DNA of 53,987 nucleotides from a virus. Its lineage: Duplodnaviria > Caudoviricetes. The notes under the pieces were generated by a model that saw only the letters and a list, made by a program, of their open reading frames with translations, ran no database searches and was not told the origin of the DNA. Shown one piece after another: positions 47,421 to 53,987 of the stretch (positions within the stretch are counted from its first letter, which is position 1; every line of letters starts with the position of its first letter). Made by a program: the position numbers and the translations under genes. The stretch spans positions 1-53,987 of the IMG/VR virus record IMGVR_UViG_3300043661_000153; one strand, written 5' to 3'.

Positions 47421-48889
47421 CCGCTGCCAGACGCTCAACGCCAACGCAGCTCAACATGGAAGCCGACGACGGCGTGTCCTATGAGAACGACGTCAATGCG
47501 GAGGTCGGCGCGCTTTGGGCTGTTGGCGCAGAGTGGGCTGCGAGCGTTGGTGGTACAGCGAACGCGATCACGGCGACCAGCGATAGCGGCGTCGTCGGCG
47601 CGGCGCTCGCGATCGGGCGTCCCAAGTCCTATTGGCTCGTCCCGACCGCGAACAACACCAGCTCGGTCACGATCTCGCCCGACGGTCTCGGCCCCTATGC
47701 CGTCGTCGATAAGGACGGCAACGCGCTGCCGCCGAATGCGTTGCTCGCGGGGCGCATTACGCAGCTTGTGTTCGATGGCGCGCAGTTTCGCGTCGCGATC
47801 TCAAACGGCGGCAGCGGCACACCGGCGGCGGTCAATGCCGTCAACAACGGGCGCCTGACGCTGGCGAGCGGTGTCTTCGTGCCGTCTTCGAACATCCTGG
47901 CCGCGACAACGTTGTATTGGACCATCGGCGGCCTCGGCAATCAGATCGGGCTCTATGACGGCATCTCGAGCTGGATCAACGTCGCCTCGACCGAGAAATC
48001 GGTCAAGCTGACCGACACGCAAACCGGCACCACGTCGAACGGCTCGAAGATCATCACCGGTTTGACCGATACGTCCCAGTTCGTTGTCGGCATGAAAGCC
48101 TCCGGCACGGGTGTCGGCGCCGGCGCAGTGATCAATACCATCGACAGCGGAACGCAGGTTACTCTCTCGGTCAACTCGACCGCGGGCGCCTCGGTCTCGA
48201 TCACGTTCAAGCTACCGGCGAATTCAGTCTTCGACGTGTTCGGCGTTCTCACGTCCGGAGCGCTCAAGCTGCATTTGTGGCCGTGGACGAATTCGACAAC
48301 CCGCTCGTTCGCGCTCGCGCAGCAGGACGGCATCTATATTCTGACCGGCAATCCGACGTGGCGCTATCTCGGCACGATCGCCACGGCAGCGGTCGACGGC
48401 CAGTCGGAATTCTCCTATGGCGGCAGCGGTGCCGGCGGCGTCGCCTCCAACATGCTGGTGTGTAATCAGTATAACCGCGTGCCGATGCGCGCAAATATTG
48501 TCGACACGACTGCGAGCTATGCCTATTCCGGCGCGGCGCGCTCGGTGGACGGCAGCAATGCCATGCGTGTTACCTTTGTTCTCTGCCAGGCCGAAGATAG
48601 CGTCGTGGCAACCTATCAAGACATCGTCCAATACAACTCATCTGGCACCGTCGCCTATGTCGGCCTCGCTCTCGATGCGACGAACGTCTTCTCCGGATCG
48701 CCTGGCATGACAGCCTCTCTCACGCCAGTTGAACTCGTCGCGAAATATGTCGGTCGGCCGACCGCTGGTTTACATTTCCTACAAGCAAACGAACAGAGTT
48801 CGGCGGGCTCCAACATAGCATTCTTCCATGTTGGCACCAGTTTCAGCTCATCCAACGGCGATCTGTTGGCCGCCGATCTGTCGATGTGA
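47417..48889 (+). CDS. Tail fibre / receptor-binding protein
   Basis: VGGTANAIT..NGRLTLASG..RYLGTI..NQYNRV; follows TipJ. Confidence 0.75.
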   Translation: MTAARRSTPTQLNMEADDGVSYENDVNAEVGALWAVGAEWAASVGGTANAITATSDSGVVGAALAIGRPKSYWLVPTANNTSSVTISPDGLGPYAVVDKDGNALPPNALLAGRITQLVFDGAQFRVAISNGGSGTPAAVNAVNNGRLTLASGVFVPSSNILAATTLYWTIGGLGNQIGLYDGISSWINVASTEKSVKLTDTQTGTTSNGSKIITGLTDTSQFVVGMKASGTGVGAGAVINTIDSGTQVTLSVNSTAGASVSITFKLPANSVFDVFGVLTSGALKLHLWPWTNSTTRSFALAQQDGIYILTGNPTWRYLGTIATAAVDGQSEFSYGGSGAGGVASNMLVCNQYNRVPMRANIVDTTASYAYSGAARSVDGSNAMRVTFVLCQAEDSVVATYQDIVQYNSSGTVAYVGLALDATNVFSGSPGMTASLTPVELVAKYVGRPTAGLHFLQANEQSSAGSNIAFFHVGTSFSSSNGDLLAADLSM

Positions 48890-49122
48890 TGATGAGAATC
48901 ATTCTTGCCGGGCTGATCCTTTGCGCGCTCGCTTCATCCGCTCCAGCCTTCGACGCGCCGACCGGCGATGAGATCGAAGCCTGCACCCCGGACGCCATGA
49001 AGCTGTGCTGGCGCCAGATCTGGGGAGCCGGCGCTCACGCTCGCGTCTATGCGTGCTTGAAAGACCATCGCAAGGATTTGTCGCCGCAATGCGACGCCGT
49101 GTTTAGGGCTCACGGCAAGTAA
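48886..49122 (+). CDS. Small secreted cysteine-rich-repeat protein
   Basis: Signal peptide; ACTPDAMKLC..ACLKDHRKDLSPQC. Confidence 0.75.
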   Translation: MMMRIILAGLILCALASSAPAFDAPTGDEIEACTPDAMKLCWRQIWGAGAHARVYACLKDHRKDLSPQCDAVFRAHGK

Positions 49123-49147
49123 AGCGTTCCGATCAACAAAACCGAGG

Positions 49148-49774
49148 GTGAAAGCAATGCGAGCTTTACTCGCCGCGCTGATCGTTTGTCTGGTTGGCTT
49201 CGCTTCGCAGGCGCAGTCCCGCGAAATCGGTGGGCCTTATGATATGTACGCCGTCGATGCTCCGGCTCACGCCGTGCGTCACACGGCAAGGCATCACGTC
49301 GCCGCGGTCCATCGTTATCAGAAGACCGATCACGTCGAGCCGCGCGAGGCGCATGCAGCGCCAGCTCCGGCCGGACACGCCGGATCCGGGCTCTCCCACG
49401 AAAAGCTCGCCGACGGCCAGGTCATCGTCGTCGCCGCGGCTTATGCCTCGCGCTTCGTCGGTTTCTTCAATGCGTTATTTGCGCGCGAGGGAAAGCTTCC
49501 GGAGATCGGCTGCTATGCACCGCGCGGCCATATGCGTGGTTCTCTACACCACTGGGGCGGCGCCTGCGATGTCGGACAAACCTCCCGCAACGTCGCCTGG
49601 CGCGCGATGTATCACGTCGGTGATCTCGCAAGGCAGTTCGGACTCACCGATGGCTGCATCTGGCGCAATCCGGATTGTGGGCATGTCGATGTGAGCGGGG
49701 TTGGCGGCGGTGGTCACTACGTCCATCGCTACGCATCGGCTCGTCGTCATCGGCATCGTTACGCGGGGGCGTGA
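49148..49774 (+). CDS. Secreted M15-like Zn peptidase (peptidoglycan hydrolase candidate)
   Basis: Signal peptide; R..SLHHWGGACD..DCGHVD. Confidence 0.6.
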   Translation: MKAMRALLAALIVCLVGFASQAQSREIGGPYDMYAVDAPAHAVRHTARHHVAAVHRYQKTDHVEPREAHAAPAPAGHAGSGLSHEKLADGQVIVVAAAYASRFVGFFNALFAREGKLPEIGCYAPRGHMRGSLHHWGGACDVGQTSRNVAWRAMYHVGDLARQFGLTDGCIWRNPDCGHVDVSGVGGGGHYVHRYASARRHRHRYAGA

Positions 49775-49776
49775 TC

Positions 49777-50232
49777 ATGTGGCGTGAAGGGGAAGAGATT
49801 GAGCACGATCTCGGCGGCCTCGTTTGGTTCGCCATCGCCACGATGATCGGTGCGGGTGTTTGTTTTGTGCTCGCCATTCTTTTCTGGCTAGCGAGCGAGA
49901 CGTTCGCGTGGCCGCGCGATCTCGACGGCGCGCATGCCAACTCGCCGCTCAAATCCTGGTTCGATCACCTGGCCAGCGGCAAAGGCCTCTGCTGCTCATT
50001 CGCCGATGGCGTCACCGTCGAAGACGTCGACTGGGATACCGGCGGCACCAACAAGGACACGGCAAGCGAAGGCGGTCACTACCGCGTGAGGCTCAACAAG
50101 GAATGGATCGTCGTGCCCGATGCTGCGGTGATTACCGAGCCAAACAAGTTCGGGCCTGCTGTGGTGTGGCCTTACACGGATGGATCGGGGCAGACACAGA
50201 TTAGGTGCTTCCTTCCTGGCGCAGGGTCATGA
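49777..50232 (+). CDS. Exported Cys-containing hypothetical protein
   Basis: TM/signal then WFDHL..CCSFADG..WIVVPD..EPN..VVWP..RCFLPG. Confidence 0.7.
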   Translation: MWREGEEIEHDLGGLVWFAIATMIGAGVCFVLAILFWLASETFAWPRDLDGAHANSPLKSWFDHLASGKGLCCSFADGVTVEDVDWDTGGTNKDTASEGGHYRVRLNKEWIVVPDAAVITEPNKFGPAVVWPYTDGSGQTQIRCFLPGAGS

Positions 50233-50597
50233 AGCGCGTCGACCAAACGATCTTGCACGTCGAGGGTGTCTCGCTTGGCAATTGTCAGCAAGCGGTTGTT
50301 GCTAGCGTTCTCGGCCTCCCAATCGAAGACGTTCCGAATTTTAACGAGTGCAGAGGATTTTGGAACGGCTACCACGCCTTCCTCAAATCTCGCGGCTTCA
50401 TTGACGTCGAGTTACCAAACAATAGGTGCCCCGATTGCTTCTATCTTGCATATGGGAAGTCGCCGCGTGGTGTTCTCCATGCGGTCGTCTACCACGGCGG
50501 AAACCTTGCACATGATCCTCACCCCAGCCGCGCCGGGATAATCGCGGTCGACGAGGTTCACCTGATTGTTCCGATAGAGATCGGCGCCGGATCGTGA
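50229..50597 (+). CDS. Hypothetical protein, possible papain-like Cys-His-Asp fold
   Basis: GNCQQAVVASVL..HAVV..HDPHP. Confidence 0.6.
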   Translation: MKRVDQTILHVEGVSLGNCQQAVVASVLGLPIEDVPNFNECRGFWNGYHAFLKSRGFIDVELPNNRCPDCFYLAYGKSPRGVLHAVVYHGGNLAHDPHPSRAGIIAVDEVHLIVPIEIGAGS

Positions 50598-50794
50598 AGC
50601 GCCGCAAGCGCCGCGTGAAATTCGACTACATCCCGGCCGGCAGCTTCATCCCACCGCCGCCCGACGTCGCGAGCTGCGCGCCTGGCGCAGCACCTGGCTC
50701 ACCCGCTGCCGTCGCTGCCTATAAGCGGATCATGGGGCAGTACAGGCCGCGTGTTGTGAGTGCTGCGCGTTCGAGTGTTGGTCTCTCAAAATAG
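50594..50794 (+). CDS. Hypothetical protein
   Basis: GTGA-coupled ORF. Confidence 0.4.
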   Translation: MKRRKRRVKFDYIPAGSFIPPPPDVASCAPGAAPGSPAAVAAYKRIMGQYRPRVVSAARSSVGLSK

Positions 50795-50804
50795 GAGGTC
50801 AGTC

Positions 50805-51038
50805 ATGACCATTCGCTGCAAGATGCGTTTAGAGAACGTGTTCGCTCAATCGTGGGGCGGCGCGAAGGCAATCTTTAGCTGCCAGTACGATCCAAAACTT
50901 TGCGAAGAAGATCGCGGCTTTCAGAAGGCGACGCCTTCCGGGATGGCCGAGTTTTCGATCGACAACCCGAAGGCCGCCGAGCAACTCACCATTGGTGAGT
51001 ATTACTACTTCGACATAACGCCGGCGCCGAAGGCGTAA
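50805..51038 (+). CDS. Conserved small phage protein
   Basis: AGGAGG RBS; RCKM..EEDRGFQKATPSG..IDNPKA..GEYYYFDITPA. Confidence 0.75.
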   Translation: MTIRCKMRLENVFAQSWGGAKAIFSCQYDPKLCEEDRGFQKATPSGMAEFSIDNPKAAEQLTIGEYYYFDITPAPKA

Positions 51039-51086
51039 GCGACCAGCGCGGCAGCGCCCTTGCGGCGCTGCCGCAGCCATGCCGAC

Positions 51087-51329
51087 ATGACCGCCAAGGA
51101 CATCAAAACCTTCAAGCTCAAGGCGCGCGGCGATGCCGGCGCTGGTAAATCCGAATTGTTGCTCGCGTTCGCGATCATGCTTCGCCAATTCGGAATGACA
51201 ACCGAAGTCTGCGGAGACGATCACCATATCGTCGTCACTGCGACCAAGGCGCAACGCAACGCGCTCTATGCGGCTAACCGCCGGCATCGCGCGACGGTGA
51301 CCGAGTCCGGTCCCTCAACCGGCACCTAA
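51087..51329 (+). CDS. Small protein with a P-loop-like motif
   Basis: GDAGAGKS after a beta strand. Confidence 0.5.
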   Translation: MTAKDIKTFKLKARGDAGAGKSELLLAFAIMLRQFGMTTEVCGDDHHIVVTATKAQRNALYAANRRHRATVTESGPSTGT

Positions 51330-51444
51330 GAGCCGTGACCGCTTGAAGCTGCTTACCCGCCTGCGCGGCTACCCCGAAAGCAAATTCTACTTTCTCGAAT
51401 TGTTGCTCCGCTCACGCGGGCAATGGACCGCATGGGATCAAGTC

Positions 51445-52185
51445 ATGACTGTCAACAAGCCCTACTGCATCGATATCTATCAAGGCGACACGGTCCAAGG
51501 CGACAACGACGAGGGCTTCGCCCAGGTCAAAGCATCCGGCATCGCGTTTATGGATCACAAGGCGAGCCAGGGTACTGACGAAACGGATCGCATGTGCGCC
51601 CTCCGTCGCCGGGCGTGGATGGATGGCGTCTTGGTTCCCGTCGTCGACGTTGATGGCGCGGCGCTGCAAGTGCCGCCGCAGTTCGGATTTTATCATTTCA
51701 ATGGCACGGGACCGGCGGCTTCAGAAGCCGCGTGGTTCATCGCCGCGGCCAAGGCGGCAGGTTTTCAGTCCGGCGATGATCTTTGTTTGGACTGGGAAGA
51801 CATCGGCGCGTCAGGCTATCAGCAGCCGGCGACGTGGGCGGACGATTTCTGCAATGTCGTCGAAAATTGGTGTGGCTTCGCGATCAAGGTCTATGGCGGC
51901 GACGCGCCGCGCGATCAGTTGGCGAAGGCACCATCGGCTGTCGTCGATCGGTTCACCGCGCGGCGCTTTTGGTTTTGCCAGTACGGCCAATATCGTCCCG
52001 ATCTCGTTCCGGTTGCCTGGAAGGCCTCCGGGCCATTCCAATGGCAAGACGACGGCGATCAGTGGGGACCTGGACCGCACACCATCGCCGGCCTCAAAGG
52101 CTATTGCGACAACTCGACCGTCGTTGGCGCGATGACGGTTGCAAAGCTCTATGCGGGATGGGGCGGCGTCGCGCCGTCCGCTTAG
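51445..52185 (+). CDS. Endolysin, GH25 muramidase
   Basis: IDIYQGD, HKASQG, GFYHF, LDWED (DxE), WFCQY, WQ. Confidence 0.85.
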   Translation: MTVNKPYCIDIYQGDTVQGDNDEGFAQVKASGIAFMDHKASQGTDETDRMCALRRRAWMDGVLVPVVDVDGAALQVPPQFGFYHFNGTGPAASEAAWFIAAAKAAGFQSGDDLCLDWEDIGASGYQQPATWADDFCNVVENWCGFAIKVYGGDAPRDQLAKAPSAVVDRFTARRFWFCQYGQYRPDLVPVAWKASGPFQWQDDGDQWGPGPHTIAGLKGYCDNSTVVGAMTVAKLYAGWGGVAPSA

Positions 52186-52213
52186 TTCACAGTTTCACAA
52201 TCGGAGAACCATC

Positions 52214-52414
52214 ATGGCGACCGCTGCACAGTACGCAGCCGCGACTGCGGCTGTTCTGAAAGTCGTTCAAGCCGACATCGCGAAGGAAACAGCTTCGATG
52301 TTGTTCAAGCCGACGATCCCGCAAGACCTCGTCAATCAGTTCGCCGCCGACGCGGCGAAAACCGCGATCGACAGCTACGAGGCTGGCGTCGAGGCCGCCA
52401 AGGGCTTGGCCTGA
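52214..52414 (+). CDS. Small hypothetical protein
   Basis: GGAGA RBS; helical. Confidence 0.65.
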   Translation: MATAAQYAAATAAVLKVVQADIAKETASMLFKPTIPQDLVNQFAADAAKTAIDSYEAGVEAAKGLA

Positions 52415-52480
52415 TCCTCAATCCGGAATCTTGAAACTGCCGCGCGCTCGCGCGGTCACTCACTCGCATGGGAGGCAATC

Positions 52481-53371
52481 ATGCAAGCTATCGTTACTTG
52501 GGTGCGCAACATCGACATGCGTTGGGTCATGGGCGTTATCGGTTTCCTGACGGTCCTCGAGCAGGCCATCGTCGGCGGCCACACGCCGCTCAGCGATCCA
52601 CACTCCCCGATCTCTCCCGCGGTCATGGACCAGCTCGTCTGGTACTGCAGCGTCGCCATCTGGATTAACGGCTTCATCCTGATGGGTCACGCCACTACGG
52701 CCGCGACCTGGATTACGGCGCCTGCGGTCAAGGCGGGGCTTGCCATCTTCGCCATACTGCTCGCGTCGCTGATCTTTGTGATGCCGGCGGCGGCGGCGCC
52801 GGATGGCCTGGTGCTCAAGAAGCCCGCGCTTACCGGCAACATCGCCAAGGACATCAAGACCGATGTGAGCAACGCCACGACGGCCGCGGCGACGTCGACG
52901 GCATCCGCGGGACAGGCGGCGGTCGACAAAATCCTCGCGGCGCTGGCGAAGCCGTTTCAGGACTTGGCCACCTTCATCGGCGCAGACGACACGGCCGCTG
53001 TTGCGCTGTCGACCGCGATCCCGTCATTGCAAGATGGCCACGGTCAGCAATGCTGGATGGCCATGCAGCAGTTCTCCGCTGTGGTGAAGGCGCATCCGGT
53101 GCCGGTCACACTCAAGATCGCCACCGATCTCGAGGCCCTGCGGCTGTCGATGATGGCGGCCAATAACCTGTGCGCCAATCCCCATTGCACGCAGGTCTTC
53201 GCCGATCTCGCCAACGGCGTTCAGCAACTCGCCATCGGCGTAGGCAGCAATATCCCGATCCCGAGCCTCAATGCCATTTGCTCCAAGGTGCCGCAGATCG
53301 CAGTGGCGGCTCCTGTCCCCGTTCCCGCGGCGCCGGTTGTTTCAATGCCCGCGACGCCAGCGGCGCAGTAA
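52481..53371 (+). CDS. Holin-like multi-TM protein with a large Cys-containing C-terminal domain
   Basis: GGAGG RBS; three hydrophobic segments in the first ~105 aa; downstream of the endolysin. Confidence 0.55.
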   Translation: MQAIVTWVRNIDMRWVMGVIGFLTVLEQAIVGGHTPLSDPHSPISPAVMDQLVWYCSVAIWINGFILMGHATTAATWITAPAVKAGLAIFAILLASLIFVMPAAAAPDGLVLKKPALTGNIAKDIKTDVSNATTAAATSTASAGQAAVDKILAALAKPFQDLATFIGADDTAAVALSTAIPSLQDGHGQQCWMAMQQFSAVVKAHPVPVTLKIATDLEALRLSMMAANNLCANPHCTQVFADLANGVQQLAIGVGSNIPIPSLNAICSKVPQIAVAAPVPVPAAPVVSMPATPAAQ

Positions 53372-53386
53372 CCAAGCAGGCAGAGC

Positions 53387-53497
53387 ATGACCGCCGCAGA
53401 CCGGCACACGCTCTGCCTGCAGCTCTTCGTTATCTGTCTGTTGCTTTTCATGATCGCGGTTGCTGCGATCTCGCGTCATCCGCAATGGTTCGGTTGA
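53387..53497 (+). CDS. 36-aa single-TM peptide
   Basis: MTAADRHTLCLQLFVICLLLFMIAVAAISRHPQWFG. Confidence 0.4.
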   Translation: MTAADRHTLCLQLFVICLLLFMIAVAAISRHPQWFG

Positions 53498-53510
53498 GGA
53501 AACCCAGCGA

Positions 53511-53987
53511 ATGGCCGCACGCCTTGATGACCTGAGCGTTGCGATCGGCGACATCCAATCGTCATTGCGCACACTATTCAAGCGCGCGGACGAGGACCGC
53601 GAAATCCAAGCCAAGCGCCATGAGGCAAATCAGAACGCCATCGGAGATTTGCGAAACGACATGCAATCCGCCAATTCGGAGTTGCGTCGGTCCGCGGTCG
53701 AGAGATGGGATGGCGCGACAGCGGCGATCGAACGAGTCGCGCAAGTCGCCACGACGCGGGACGACACGATGACGGCGGCCCTTGCTGACCTTAGCCGTGA
53801 GCTTAAAGAACATTCCGACGTGGTTGCAAACATGGAGCCGAAGATCACGTCGCTTCAAATCTCGCGCACAAAGCTTGCTGCGCTTGCCGGCGTTGGCGTC
53901 CTGGCACTTTGGGTGATCGGTCAGGCTGCCGAGGCGGGATTTAACCAACTATTGGCCTGGGCGTTCAAGAAAGTCGGCGGCCCTTAA
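53511..53987 (+). CDS. Coiled-coil protein with a C-terminal TM helix (lysis region)
   Basis: GAGGA RBS; heptad pattern then LAALAGVGVLALWVIG. Confidence 0.65.
   Translation: MAARLDDLSVAIGDIQSSLRTLFKRADEDREIQAKRHEANQNAIGDLRNDMQSANSELRRSAVERWDGATAAIERVAQVATTRDDTMTAALADLSRELKEHSDVVANMEPKITSLQISRTKLAALAGVGVLALWVIGQAAEAGFNQLLAWAFKKVGGP

Overview
The window is an apparently near-complete temperate siphophage prophage of a high-GC alphaproteobacterium (Hyphomicrobiales-like, inferred from gene content such as GapR and a NusG-type late regulator). Left to right: tyrosine integrase/xis; a leftward accessory operon (DUF4326, DUF968-like, NADAR, a duplicated small gene); a cI/cro switch with paired AGGAC-N5-GTCCT operators; a rightward early operon with three DNA methyltransferases, a MazG-like protein, GapR, two SNF2-type helicase domains and a replication initiator with iterons; a NusG-like antiterminator and terminator; HNH, terminase and an HK97-type head; tail genes with a -1 frameshift chaperone; and a lysis/secreted-protein cluster. 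att sites are not visible. The most unusual signals are: (1) a 12-22 bp palindrome (core CGCCAATTGGCG) found five times across the genome, once inside a ParB-HTH-MT-A70 fusion gene, suggesting a parS-like system; (2) virion-module proteins with Sec-type signal peptides and paired cysteines, suggesting periplasm-matured virion parts; (3) a glycosyltransferase/MptE-like gene inside the head module; (4) a ~1.4 kb cassette duplication with swapped cargo. All family assignments come from motif recognition by eye, not database searches.
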